A stretch of DNA of 64,000 nt from Glaucostegus cemiculus. Its lineage: Eukaryota. The stretch covers positions 19,406,001 through 19,470,000 of the forward strand of contig CDPCPM010000076.1 in assembly GCA_976551045.1 (NCBI GenBank), written 5' to 3'. This document shows, one piece after another, positions 25,031 through 38,577 of the stretch; positions within the stretch are counted from its first letter, which is position 1, and every line of letters begins with the position of its first letter. The notes below the pieces were generated by a model. The model was not told the DNA's origin. It ran no database searches and was given only the letters and a program-made list of their open reading frames with translations. Both the position numbers and the translations under genes were made by a program.

Positions 25031-25571
25031 AAGCTGTTACAATATTTAGTTGTTCTGGCAGTGATTTCACTGGTAAGAATACAACCAAATACGATGGAAA
25101 AAGAGGAAAAGCAGTTGGGAGCAATAATATGGCCAACCAAGATTGGGAAGGATAAATGCTTTACTGAGTAAAGTGAGTAAAAGATGGAACTTTCAGACTA
25201 ATTGAGCAGGAATTAGAAATAAGCATCCAAAAGAAAAATTGATGGGCCTTTGGGAAATAGCAGGGGAATATGACAAATGGAAAGTTCTTTTATAAAGCAG
25301 GAAGACAAAAGGTAGGCCAACTGGGCCTAAGGATATCATGGAAAGTGGAATGCCAAAGACATTAAAAGTTTGAAGCTGCAGCTGTAAGTGGCTCGGGGCA
25401 GAATTTTTCCAATTAAAATAGCTTTAATAATTCAGTTTTAAAAGAAGAGGCAAATTTACGGAAAATCCATGCCTTCATTACTCAAACATGTTAAAGAAAA
25501 TTCCTGAGGTACAAATTAACTGATTTTTTTTCCTGTTTACCTGTTTCATACAAGCTTGTGCTATTATTATT

Positions 25572-26069
25572 AGGGCAGATCTTGCTGGTTGGATTCATTG
25601 CCCTGATGCCAAATGTGGATGGTTGGTCTTTCTGGTCTAGCATCTTGATCCCAGAAGCAGCACAGCATTCAGCAGTTTATTAGCTTAAATAATTAAGTAC
25701 AAATACCTAAAATCCAAATGATTAATTAAAAACATTAACAAAAAGTGAAATACAGAAAAGAATTTGCATCCCCTTTCCTCCTAATCCTGTGGTCTAAGAT
25801 TCTTATTTAAATCCATGGGATTTTGGGTCCTGTATTAGGTCTTGCCTGGAGGAGGGTCTGCGGGGTAAAATCCCCAGTTTATGCCAAGGAATCACCACAA
25901 TGCTGGGCTCCACCACTGGACTCTGCTTGTGCTTTTTCAGCTGTGGTGTTTTCAACCTGTCAACTAGTCCTAGGCCTTCATATTTGATAGCAAAGTCTGG
26001 GAAATCTTGCTACTTAAACACCATTGATTCCGATTGCTCCTATCAGTACTAGCCAGTGAGGTCTGGCCC
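25572..26069. mobile_element. Putative old MITE-like element
   Basis: GGGCAGATCTT...GAGGTCTGGCCC imperfect TIRs and an AT-rich centre; similar paired ends at 25396-25474. Confidence 0.3.
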
Positions 26070-26618
26070 ATCATTATTTATTGCATCAGCTCCACCTAAC
26101 CCTATCTCTGTATCTGAATGTGTTTGTAGGTGACCAAGGGCTAGTAGCATTCCAGGAGAGAGTAGCAGTGCCTAGGTTGCTGGGAATCACATCTGGCTAT
26201 TAATTAGGAAGGCAATACTTTTGGCTTTAGACCTTGTAGCTGTTGTAATACTGTATTCAGTGTTCTCACTGACTGTCAGTATACAACAGAAAAGGGAACC
26301 AGACGACAATGAGTAAATCCTATCAACTTTGGCTGTGATGATTTACATTCAACTTCTATTCCCTATCTCAAAAGACTAAAATTTAGCAGCAACTCAGCAG
26401 CTGTACAAGGTGTTAGTAATGCAAAAGACATGCAGCATTTAAATCAAATGTTGAGAAGATGGCTTAGTTTATTGGTAAAATCTGTAACCATTAAGCACTG
26501 GAAGGATATTGGACTTGAACATGGAAATTTTGTAAACACAGGATCATCAGTGGGATATGGCAAAACTCTTCAGTGCTATTAAGAAAATAAGTAATAGACA
26601 CATTTAAAAGCTTAAAAT

Positions 26619-26810
26619 AAGCTGCTGGAGAAACTCAATGGGTCAGGCAGCATTTGTGGAACGTTATGGACAGTCGATCTGGGGTAATGAAGATTTTCGA
26701 TCTGAAACATCTGCTGTCCGTTTCCCTCCACAGATGCTGTCTGACCAGGTAAGTTCTTCCAGCAGCTTGGTTCTTGCTCCAAATTCCTGCATCTGCAGTC
26801 TCTTGTGCTA
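26619..26810. mobile_element. Palindromic Penelope-like terminus pair
   Basis: AAGCTGCTGGAGAAACTC...GGTCAGGCAGCATTTGTGGA versus TCCACAGATGCTGTCTGACC...AGTTCTTCCAGCAGCTT, with a hammerhead-like remnant in the loop. Confidence 0.75.
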
Positions 26811-26850
26811 CATTTAAGACCTTATTTCATAAAGATAAAACAGACCTCCT

Positions 26851-27603
26851 TTCCCTTGGATCAGAAACATATTGCTCTAGAAAATTGTCCTGGATACATT
26901 TTAGAAACTCTTCACCCTCTCTCTCTTCACCCTCTCTGCCCTTAACACTATTACTATCACAGTATAGCCAGCTCCACCAGTTAATAGAATCATGGCTGAT
27001 CATTGATCAAGATCAATCTCCTGCTTGATCCACAAACTGTCCCATTTCCCTAATGTTTATAATAAGCATTGAGTGTTTTTAAGGTTTTGATAGTCACAGC
27101 TCTCTGCAGAAGAATATACCAAAGATATACAACATATATGGTGACTTTGAAGTTTGTGAGTAATGATCTAGTATATTGGTAGGCTATAGTGTACTGTCAC
27201 TGACTGGAATATTGACAGGCTGAAGTTTGTGGAGATTGCCCAGAATATTGACAACTGCAGTGTGAGGTGATTGTCTGGAATGATGACAAGCTGCAATGTG
27301 AAGTGACTGAGTGGTAAAATGGCTGGCTGCAGTCTGTGAGGATTGCCTGGTTCATTGATAGGCTCCAATTTGTGCACGTTGGTCACTATGGAAGCTGCCA
27401 TACCATATCAGCAGGCAGTACTTTCCAATCCCCAGCAACACATTGATGCACTTCACCCACCTCAGTCCCTAGAATCAGATCCTTCAGTACCTAATTTCCC
27501 ATCAGACCAGAAGCTCACTGCTCTTGAAAATTGTCTTGGACACATTTTAGAAACACTTCATCCTCTTTGCCCTTAACTCTATTACTATCCTAGTACCGTC
27601 AGC
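26851..27603 (+). repeat. Diverged direct repeats of about 110-120 bp (26851-26972 and 27496-27603)
   Basis: Shared TGCTCT.GAAAATTGTC.TGGA.ACATTTTAGAAAC.CTTCA...TGCCCTTAAC.CTATTACTATC. Confidence 0.9.
27200..27350 (+). repeat. Degenerate minisatellite, about 35-36 bp unit, about 4 copies
   Basis: TGxCTGGAATATTGACAxGCTGCAGTGTGAGGTGAT-like units. Confidence 0.75.
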
Positions 27604-28659
27604 GGTCAACAATTTAAAATTCCTTTACCCTTTCCTAGTTCCAACCAATCAAATTCTGCCTTTGACTATCCTCTCTTCAGCACCATAATATTCTCTTTAA
27701 TCAATACTGTTACCCCTTCTTTCTTTCTCTCTGCTTCCTTTCTTTCTCTCCCTATCCTTTCAGGACACTTTGTATATTGGCAGCGAGAATGTGGATTTTT
27801 GTTTCATCTTCATGAAATAAGCTCTTAAAGTCACCAAAGCGTTGAACAATTGGCTGGAAGTAGTTTGGTTTCCCATTTTGGAATGTTTGGCTCCTTTTAG
27901 TGGTGTAATGCTAAATATCTCCAGGATGCCTGAAATGACATTTTAAATTGAATGACAAATTTGTCTGCTTGGCACTGAAACAGGCAAGAACGGTTTACCC
28001 AGAGTGTAAATATTTGGTTCTGGTTGTTGCACACTGATGCAAATTTCAGAATAGATTGCCTCTGATCCATTGCTGGAAGGCACAGTGCAATGATTTCAGA
28101 GAATATGCTCAAAGTAGATCTTAGCTACTCAAAGAGCAGGCTGCAAAATACACAGCCAGCAACTAGGAAACATAAGAGCAACTTTGCCAAATACCTTTCA
28201 TAGTCACAAATCCATCTTTGGGGGGCAAGGTCAAGTTCAGAAGAGCAACGCCTTTTTAAGCTATGTTCAAGTCAAGCTGCCGCTTGTAAAGGAATTAATG
28301 CATATGCTAGAAAGTTTGGCGAAGACATGGAGGATGTCTCATGGAGGTTTGACAGTTGACAGCATGATTGATAGCTAAGTTTGCTGCTTGATTTGTCAAG
28401 TAAACTGTGGTTTTTGGTGTCTAGTGTTGCAACCAATGCCTTTCTCTGAACAACATCTAGCTGAACGGGAGCCATACCTCAAATGTGCCATTGTATCAGC
28501 TAAAACAACCCATATCTTTGCTAGATTATATTACCACATTTCCTTATGGCACAGAAGAAGGCCACTTCAACCCACTGAGTCTATGCTGGTTCACAGAGTA
28601 ATTCCAATCCCTTCAATCTATTCTCCCCACATTCCCAGCATGGAGACTGCTTCAGCTAC

Positions 28660-28980
28660 TCAGAGTAGTGTTATAACAGATGTGTTAGTGGACCATTAAA
28701 CCAGAGAATATGAGTTGAAATCCCAACCTGACATTCTGGGAACTTCATTTCAGTTTGGGAAAATGCAAGTAACATCCTGGTAGTTGTCAAAGTAACCAAG
28801 CAACTGTTGGACCATTAAGGAATAAACCTGCCATCCTTACCCATTCTGGACCTATATATGATTCCAATCTGATCTGTTTGACTCTTGTATCACCATCTCT
28901 TCTGGATATCTAAAGATGAGCAACATGTGCCAGCCTTGCCAGCAAAGCCCATATCTCACAATGAATTAGGAATAAATAAG
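28660..28980 (+). mobile_element. Old tRNA-derived SINE sharing its tail with the 4010-5465 LINE
   Basis: GAGTTGAAATCCCA B-box-like motif, GGAATAAACCTGCCATCCTTACC core and GCCTTGCCAGCAAAGCCCATATCTC tail. Confidence 0.65.
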
Positions 28981-31037
28981 CAATTACTGAGGATTTCAAA
29001 GTTGTATCCAGCTTTCACAGTTCACTCTGTGCTGCATGAGGTCTGTAGAACTTTTGAACACATCAGGGAATAGTTTGAGAAGACATCAGCACTCTTATCA
29101 ATATTTATTTTGGAAATTCTTCAAGGAGTCCACTGAAAAAGAGTAACTGCAGTGTTACTCTACATTGATGGATGGCTTGAAGGAATAACTCTCTTACAAT
29201 AAGGGGGAAGGGTATCCTTGGTCCTAAGAACTCACTGGAAGTCCCCTTGGTCTGGAGGTGGAATGAAAGAGAACATGAGACTAAACCATTCAGCACCAGC
29301 TACTGCTAGAGGAGAGATGGGAAGAGGTGAGGTGAAATCCTACCTAACAAGGGTACAAAACATCCCTCCTCCACCAAGACCTCACTCTTTGGTAGTTATC
29401 ACTGAGCCATGCTGAAACCTCCAAACTCCACACCTTCAAAATGTTGACATGAAATATCCCATTTTAAAAATTTCTTTCCAATCAGCACTCAAGTGCTAAA
29501 TCAGCAGGTACCTTTTTAGTACCTCCAATGGTCAATTCATGATAATCCACAATTAGCCCCCAGTGTGTTAACATTTAACTTTCAAATTGTGTTGTTTTAC
29601 ACAGCATTTACTTTGAGCCAATTTTCACTCTTTCCCCATAAGTCTCTGAACTTCAGCAACAAACTGCTAAAATGTGAGACTCTTAACCTTTTAAATGTGT
29701 CAATACATGCTTAAAAATTATTGTTGTGCAATTATTAAGGTCCATAAGGGTCATAATAATAAAAGATTGTTTAATTGTTTTGGCTGTGATAAACCATTGT
29801 CACTACGCTTTTAATGGGAGCAACAATGCTCCCATCTGAATGATTTGACAGACATATTTAGATCTACAAAGAGGCACAGCACTGTTGTTCAAACAGTTGT
29901 CAATTGATTGACATGTTTAGGATGTGAGTCCACAAATGTAAGAGAGCCAGAGAAACTATTTTACCTGGAGGGCTGTTAAATACCTTTCTAACTTAATGGT
30001 TGAAGCAGAGACCATATTAGCATGATAATGTTGTCTTGATGGAAAGGAGAATAAAGGGATGTAATCAAATGTGATTAAGACCATTGGCTGAAGTAAAAAC
30101 GCTCACATGGGCTGATTGGCTGAAAGATTGTAACTTCCCAAGTCATACTCAAATCAGATTGATTTTTTAATTCAACACCAGACATGGTTAACTCTGCTCG
30201 TATGACCATTTAAAACATGGTTACATACCCAATGTTTCCTCTATTTCCATTTTCATTAATATCTTTCTCTTTCTTGCCCTCTCTCTGATCTTGTGCCCTT
30301 CTCCCAATCTCAGTTCTGAAATTGTGCCTTTTTAATACTAATTAGTTAGATTAACATTTGCTGGAATCTCTTATGAATACTGTTCTGAGGCAGAAAATCT
30401 ATTCTTACCACTTGTCAATTCTTGTCAATTCTTGTTTATTTTGGGCTTCTATTTCCCAGTACTGAAATCACAGTACAAGTTAAATATCCTGCATACTATT
30501 TAAAATTAAATCTGTATTGTCCAGTACACACAGTGATCTGGAGACTGAAAAATTATTGAATTTTGGGAAATTTGTTGCCAAGCAGTTCTCTATTTACAGT
30601 CAAATGTTCAGTAAGAAACATTTATTCCTTCTCATTCAGATTGGAAAAACTTGGTCTTTGTCCTAGCTTTTTCAATGTGTTGACAGAAAATTACTCTCCA
30701 CCCTTCTGTGCCATGATCAAAGCATGACAAGTAATCACAGACTTAATTGCTTGCAGCAGATGTTAGGGGTCAGTTTCTGCTTTTGTGTACACAGCAAAAG
30801 CTGGAAATTTCAGCGATTAACTCTCCCGGCTGAATCAACTAAACACAGTTGCATGCAAACCCACAAGTATAACCTCGGCAATGTCTTCTCGTCTTGGATT
30901 AAGAAGGTTGAGAAGAAAACCAATATTACTAACTTCAAGAAAAATCACATTAACTCTTGGCAGGGTATAGTTTTAAGCACTTTATCCAAGGAACAGTGTT
31001 TGAAGGTGCACTCTGATGCATAGTGCTTTGTGGTGAG

Positions 31038-32149
31038 CAAAGACATTGTGTGGTGGGTTGTTGTGTGATTGAGTATAGGTCAGTCTATGGTGTGATGGGG
31101 TGTGGTCTGACTTTTGTGCATTGGGTGTTGTTGGACACATAGGGTCCCAGGGAGTGTGTGGTCTGGTACCTTACCTTGTAGAGTATAGTTTGAACATTCT
31201 ATATTGGAGTGATGTCTAGTACATTGTGTACTGGAGTTTAGCCAGATAAATTGTGGAATGGAATCTGTTAAATTGTGTATTGGATGTACAGTTGCAGTGG
31301 AGTACATTGTGCCCTGGAGTGCAACTAGATACATTGTGCTATGGGGTATGGACTCGTATATTGTGTGATGAAGTGCAGTAAGATACCTTGAGCTGCGGCA
31401 TATAATCTGGTTTGAGTAGCTGATTGTAGTTAAGTGAATTGTATACTAGAGTGCATCTTGATACATTGTATGGTGGGCCATATGTTGCTGGATGCATTGT
31501 ATAGTGGTGTAACTGAATACATTCTGTGGTGGATTGTATTTTGGCACATTATGTGTTGGAGTGTAGCTGGATATATTGTGTGTTGGAATGTAGGCAGATA
31601 CATTGTTCGTTGGAATATGACTGGAAATATGATGTGCTGGAGTATAGACACATGAAATGAAACATAATCTGATACATTAGGATGTAAATCAATGGAATAT
31701 AAATCTGTGCATTCTGCTAATGCACAGGGTGAATTAGCATGACATACAGTGCCCACTATGTGCAGTGTCTATAGAATGTGGACATTGGTGAGTAAAGAAC
31801 TTCACTGGGGCAAGGTACAGCTTTTATTCATTAAACTAAGACAGGTATGGCAGGAAGGTGATGTGTTACAGCTTTAAGATGTGGGAGCAGATGGAAACCA
31901 GTGAGATCCCTGGTAATACATCTGTAGTAATTGTCTGCAAGATTTAAATACTGTAATGGAAAAGGATTTCCTGAATGCTTTGTTCCAAAAGGCAGTCATA
32001 TGCCTTAGAGTACCAGACCACACACTCCTTGGGACCCTATGTGTCCAACAACACCCAATGCACCAATGCACAAAAATCAGACCACACCCCATCACACCAT
32101 AGACTGAACTATTCTCAATCACACCACAACCCACCACTCAATGTCTTTG
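31038..32149. repeat. Long inverted repeat, arms 31038-31169 and 32010-32149
   Basis: Arms align with 6 mismatches and one 8-bp tandem duplication in the right arm. Confidence 0.97.
31180..31700 (+). repeat. Degenerate 27-bp minisatellite
   Basis: Units like TACATTGTGCCCTGGAGTGCAACTAGA; TACATTG/TATATTG recurs about every 27 bp. Confidence 0.85.
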
Positions 32150-33120
32150 AAAGTCTGTGCTAAGTTCTTGGACCTGCTAATCCTGCTAAGCAAAGATATG
32201 TAAGAACTTTCAATGCAGGTACTGGATGCACTGGTTGCTATCTTCCAAATTCCACAGATTCCTGAATGGTTCCCACGGCCTGAAAGATGTCCTATTTAAG
32301 AAAGGAGATGGAGAAAAAATAGAGAACTACAAACTAATTAGCTCAACATCAGTAATTGAGAAAATGCTAGGATCTATTAATAAGATATGGAAACAGTGCC
32401 CTTAAAATAATAATAGGACTGGGCATAGTCAACATAAATTTATGAAAAGGCAAATCAGATTTGTCAAATATGTTAGCTTTAAAAAATCAGCGGACTAGTT
32501 ATTGGCAAATCAATGGATGTGGTATATTTGGACTTTCAGAAGGCCTTAGATACGGTGTCACAAATTAGGTCATTAAATAAGATTAGAAAGGGAAACAATA
32601 TTTGCAAATCTGTTGGAAGTTTTTGTGGTCATAATTAGTAGAAGCAGTAAGGGTAAATTTGGACTTTCAGGTCTTCTGCAATGTACCTAATTTAAATAAA
32701 ATTAGAACCCATGAGATTGAGGACAGTATACTGGCATGGACTGTGAATTAGTTAGCTGACAGTAAACAGAGAATGTTATTTTTGGGTTGGGATGCTTAGG
32801 TATTGGGGTGCTGCAGAGATTAGTTCTGGGGCCAGCTACTCATCATTTTTGTAAATGATCAAGATGAGGAGATCATGTTTTCTAATGGTACAAATCTGGG
32901 TGGTCATGTGAATTGTAAAGAGGAAGCAGAGATTCTCCAAGGCTATGTAGACAGGCCAAGTCAAAGAGTAAGGAGATGGAATATTGCAGCAAAAAATATG
33001 CTGTCATCCACCTTGGTAGACAAAAAAGAAATGCAGATTGTTTTGTAATAATGGGAAATTGAAAGATGTTAGTAGTTCACTGAGCTGGCTGTTGTAGTAC
33101 ATCATCCAGAATGACTCATG
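31780..33120 (+). mobile_element. Old CR1 with a large internal deletion (ORF1 zinc-finger remnant, then RT)
   Basis: VMCYSFKMWE...ICSNCLQ at about 31850-31940; after 32150, ENYKLISSTSVIEKML, SQHKFMK and MDVVYLDFQKALD, with an internal duplication at about 32445-32706. Confidence 0.7.
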
Positions 33121-34056
33121 TGGCTGAGATGTCTAAAGAATATAACTGTGATCTTTCAGATGCCAAATACTGTGTACAGAAATGGTCCTTCTGGCACCTA
33201 TTTTACACCAGTGAACAAGAGCAACAAGGACCAGTTTCATCCAGCATTCACTACTTGATAACTGAATGGTATTTTGTGGTAGTGATTTGTTCAGACAAGA
33301 TTGATAGGTAGGTAAAATGGGAGGTAAAATAAAACTTCTCAGACTACAGAAAGTGCAGGGTAAAATATTTCTTTGTGTATAAAAGTAGTGCTTTTCACCC
33401 ATCAGAAAACCAAAAGCAATCAATGGATTTCATTGGAAATATAATTTCTATAAGTATATAGGTAACTAGAGCAGTCAATATACTGTATGTATAACATTTA
33501 TTAAAAGGCAGGATCTCCAGCTGAGCAACACTTGCTCGACATGGCACCGATGTGTCAGCTAAGAAGTTATTCTGAGATCCAGCAGTGGGTTTTTGGCACT
33601 CAAAGTATTTTGTTAAGATGAGAGAACCACTGTTCATTGGGTGTATTCCAAGCTTAATGGGAAACAGAGACTAACCATTGGAGGTCACAATTTAATGAGT
33701 TTCAATTCACAGGGACAAAAGACATTTACTTAGGATAAACCAAAACAGCAGGAGTGGAATTATTTGAAATGCTTTAATATGACTAGAAGACCATAAAACA
33801 TGGGGGCAGAATTGGGCCATTCAGCCCATCAAGTCTGCTCCACCATTCAATCATGGTTGATTTATTTTTCCCTCTCTAGCCTGTTCTCCTGCCTTCCCCC
33901 TGTAACCTTTGATGCCCTTACTAATCAAGAACCTATCAATCTCTGTTTTAAATATACCAAATGATTTGGCCTCCACAGCTGTTTGTGGCAATGAATTCCA
34001 CAGATTCACCACCCTCTGGCTAAAGAAATTCCTCCTCAGCTCTGTTACAAAGGGAC

Positions 34057-37000
34057 AGGGACAGAGTGTTTAAAAAGCTTTGTTTTCCATGGGCTTTTCT
34101 CTTACGGGATTGGCCTGAGAGACATTGGAGCAGTGGGTCTTTAACAGGTAAGGATAAAGTATTTAAAACAGAGTGTTGATTGGTTGATTAGAGGGAGTGA
34201 GTACTTGAGATAATTGGCAGGGACAGATATAAGGAGGGGTAACCAAAGTGTGGTCAATGTGTAAGTGGCTCAGGGTAGGAGTTGGGCTTGAGAGGCTGAG
34301 GATTAGCTTGCTCCTGCTCCTAGTGAGGTAAGGCTAGGCAAGTTCCTTTAATTAACTTAGGAGTAGGTAATGAGGGCAGCATTTAGGGCAGTCATGTGCT
34401 CTGTATGTGGGAAGTCAGGGACAGCACACTTGCCCCTGATGACTATAGCTGTAAAATGTGCATCCATCTACAGCTCCTGACAAACTAAGTTAGGGAACTG
34501 GAGCTGGATGAAATCTACTCATTTGTGAGGCAGAAATAGACAGGAATTTTGGGGAGATAGTCACCCCTAACAGTCATGAGACAGGTAGCTGGGTGACTGT
34601 TGGGGAAGGGGTATAGACAAAGAGAGTGGAACATGCCTGTGGTTGTTCCCATCAACAATAAGTATACCATTTTTGGACACTGCTGGTGGGGATGACCTAC
34701 CAGGGACAAGTTGTAGTGGTTGTGTCTCCAGCACTGAGACTGGACCCTCAGCTTGGGAAGGAAAAGAGAGCAGTAGTAATAGAGGATTTGATAAGGGAAC
34801 AGATAGGTGATTCTGTGGGAGGGGTTGAGAATCTCAGGTGGTCTGTTCTCTCCCTGGTGCCAGCGTCTGTGATATCTCAGACTGGGTCCTTGATATTTTC
34901 AGGAGGGTGAGCAGCCAGATGTTGTGGTCCATGTAGGGACCAATGATGTGGATAGGGAGGAGGTCCTACAAAGAGTGATTAGAGAATTGGGTGCAAAGTT
35001 GAATGACAGGACCTCTAAGGCTGCAATCTCAGGCTTGCTACCTGTGCCTTGTGCTAGTGAGGCTAGAAATAGGAGGATCATGCAGCTAAACATGTGGCTA
35101 AGGAAATGGTGCAGGAGGGAAGGCTTTGTTTCTGGACAATTGGGCTTTCCACCAGGGCAGGTGGTATCTGTTCTGATGGGATGGTTTGCACCTGAATTGG
35201 AGGGGGATGAACATACTTGCGGGTAGGTTTGCTAGTGCTGCTCTGGGGGATTTAAACTAGATTGGCAGGGAGAAGGAAACCAGATTGTTAGAGCAGATAG
35301 TCAGGTGGAGGAGGATAATGGTCAAGTGAGGACTACATGTATAGACAGAAAACAAAGATTTGTACATGTTAAAAATGTTCCCAAGTGCCTCTATTTCAAT
35401 GCAAGGAGTATTGTAGGTATGGCAGATGAGCTTAGGGTGTGGATTAGCATGTGGGCTAGCAACATTATTGCTATTAGTGAGACTTGGTTGCAGGTGGGCC
35501 AGGACTGGCAGTTTAATGTTCTGGGGTTCTGTTGTTTCTGATGTGTAGAGGGGGAGGGACCAAAGGAGCAGTGGCATTATTAGTCAGGGAAAATATCACA
35601 GCTGTGTGTAGATGGGATAGCCTGAAGGGCTCGTCTACAGACTGCATATGGGTGGAGCTGAGGAACAGGAAATGTGTGACCACACTAATAGGGCTGTATT
35701 ATAGACTACTCAATAGTCAGACAATTGGAGGAGCAAATCCATAGATAACAGACTGATGTAAGAAAGTTGTAATAGTAGGGGATTTTAACTTTCCACATAT
35801 TGACTGGGACTCCCACACTGATAGGGGTTGGATGGCTTGAAGCTTGTCAAATGTGTTCAGGGAAGTTTTCTAAATCAATACCAATGAGAGAGAATGCAAT
35901 ACTTGATCTCCTATTAGGGAACTGAACAGGTCAGGTGACAGAAGTATGGGTAGGCAAACTTTTTGGGTCCAGTGACCATAATGTCATTAGTTTCAAGTTC
36001 CTTATGAATAAGGATAGGTCTTGTCCTCGAGTTGAGGTTCTAAATTGAAGAAAGGCCAATTTTGTGGAAATGAAAGGATCTAGGAAGAGTGGGTTGGGAT
36101 AAGTAACTTTCTGGCAAGGATGTGTTCAGTAAGTAGGACATCAAAGGTGAAATTTTCAGTGCAGAGTTTACTTGTTTCTGCTAGGATTAAAGGCAAAGTT
36201 AATAGGTATAGGGAACCTTGATTTTCAAGGGATATCGGTGATCTGGTTAAGAAAGAGGCTTATAGCTGGTATAAGCAATTAGGAACAATGGTACTTGAAG
36301 AGTATAGAAAATGTAAAAAATACAGAAAATCAGGAAGGCTTTGGCACATAATGTGAAGGTAAACCCAAAGGGTTTCTACAAGTATAAGGAGTAAAAGGAT
36401 AGTAAGGGACAAAATTCTTCCCCTAGAAGATCAGTGGTCTCAGGAGATGGGGGAGATCTTAAACAGTTTTTTTGCATCAGTATTTACTCAGGAAACTGGC
36501 ATCATGAATATGGGAGGAAGGGAAACAAGCAGTAGAGATTAAAGAGGAGGTGTTTACTGCCTTTCAGAGAATAAAGGTAGATAAATCCCCCAGGCCTGAC
36601 AGAATATTTCCTCTGACCTTGAGAGAGACTAGTGTAGAAATTGCAGGGGCCCTGGCAGTTTAAAATTTTCTTAGCCATGTTTCTGTTTTAAAAAAAAAGC
36701 TCAAAGTAAACCAGGTAATTACAGACTGGTGAATCTGACATCAGTAGTAGGTAAATTATTGGAAGGTATTCTGAGAGAAGAAATACAAGTATTTGGACAA
36801 CCAAGGGCTGATTAAGGATAGTCAGCATGGTTTTATGCATGGTAGATTATGTTTAACAAAACTTGTAGAGTTTTTTGAGGTTACCAAGAAAGTAGATGAA
36901 GGAAAGGCTGTGAATGTGTACATTGACTTTAGTAAGGTCTTCAAGGTCCCACATGGGAGCTTAGTTCAGAAGTTTCAGACACTAGGTATTCATGGAGAAG

Positions 37001-38025
37001 TTGTTAAACTGGATTTGAAAATGGCTGTATGGGAGAAGATAGTGGATGATTGTTTCTCAGACTGGAGGCCTGTGACTAGTGGTGTGCCTTGGGGAGCTGT
37101 GCTGGGACCATTGTTTGTTGTCTAGGTCAATGATCTAGATGATGTGGTAAATTATATCAAGTTTGCTGATGACTCTAAGACTGGAGGTGTTCAAAGGAAG
37201 GCTTTCAAAGCTTGGAGAGGGATCTGGATCAACTGGAAAAATGGGCCAGAAAATGGCAGATGGAAATAATGCAGACAAGTGAGGTGTTGCATTTTTGGAA
37301 GGACAAATCAAGGTAGGACATATACAGTAAATGGTAGGGCACTGAGGAGTGTGGAGGAAAAGGGACCTGTGAGTTCAGATACATAATTCCCTGAAAGAGG
37401 GGTTACAGGTAGACACAGTTGTAAAGAAGGCTTTTGGCATTATGGCATTCATAATCAAAGCACTGAGTGTAGGAGTTGGGATGTTATGGTGAGGTTGTAT
37501 AAGGCATTGGTGAGGTCAAATTTGGAGTATTGTGCAGTTCTGGTCACTTTCCTATAGGAAGGATATCAGTAAGATTGAAAGAGTGCAGAGAAGATTTGCT
37601 AGAATGTTGCTGGGTCTTCAGGAGCTGAGTTACAGGGAAGGATTGAGGTTAGAAATTTAGTCCTTGGAGTGCAGAAGAATAAGGGGAGATTTACAAAATT
37701 GAGGGGTATAGACAGTAAATGTGAGTGGGCTCTTCACCTAGATTAGGGGAGATAAGTACAAGAGGACATGCCTTTAGGAAGAAAAGGGAAAAGTTTAGGG
37801 GGAACTTCACTCAGAATCATGGGAGTGTGGCATGAGCTGCCATCTGACATGGTAAATGCAGGCTCACTTAAGTTGTAAGAATAAATTGGATAGATACATG
37901 GACGGGAGAGGTCTGGAGGGTTATGGATTGGGTGCAGGTTAATGGGACTAGTGGAATAAAGATTTGGCACAGACTAAAAGGGCTGAATTGCCTGTTTTCA
38001 GTGCTGTAGTGTTCTATGGTTTTAT
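34057..38025 (+). mobile_element. Near full-length decayed CR1 LINE (5' UTR, ORF1 zinc finger and esterase, APE endonuclease, RT, 3' UTR)
   Basis: VMCSV...DDYSCKMC; VHVGTND SGNH-esterase block; CLYFNARSI...IAISETWL; SDHNVI; SQHGFMHGR; KFADD; TGTTCTATGGTTTTA tail; many frameshifts. Confidence 0.95.
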
Positions 38026-38577
38026 GATGTCCTTCTATTCTGAGGCTGTGCCCTCTGGTCCTAGACGTTCCCACTACATCCTCACCACATCCACTCTATC
38101 TAGGCGTTTCAATATCTGGTAGAGGTCAATGAGATCCCCCCCTTCATCCTTCTAAAGCTCCAGCAAATATAGGGCCAGAGCCATCAAATGCTCAAATATT
38201 AACCCTTTAATTCCCAGGATCATTCATGTAAACCTCCTCTGGACCCTCTGCAACACCAGCACAGATATGGGGCCCAAAACTGCTCACACCACTTAAATGT
38301 GGTATGACCAATGCCTTGTAAAGCCTCAGCATTACATCTGTGATTTTTTTTATATTCTAGAATTCTCAATGAATGTTAACATTGCATTTGCCTTCCTTAC
38401 TACCAAGTCAACCTGCAAGTTATCCTATAGGAAATCTTACACTAGGACTCCTAATTCCCTTTGCAGCTCTGATTTCATTCCCTGTTTAGAAAAGTCTGTC
38501 TTTATTCCTTCTACTCAAAGTGCATTGCTATACACTTCCCAAAGCTGTATTCTATCTGCCACTTCTTTGCCCATTCT

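Noticed and set aside
27200-27350. CRISPR-like array (35-bp periodicity)
   Set aside because: Units are contiguous and degenerate with no unique spacers, there are no cas genes, and the context is vertebrate.
26851-27603. TRIM or LTR retrotransposon
   Set aside because: No TG...CA termini, PBS, PPT or TSD.
31180-31700. Coding tandem repeat (27 bp = 9 codons)
   Set aside because: Frames are interrupted by stops and indels; it behaves as a decayed minisatellite.
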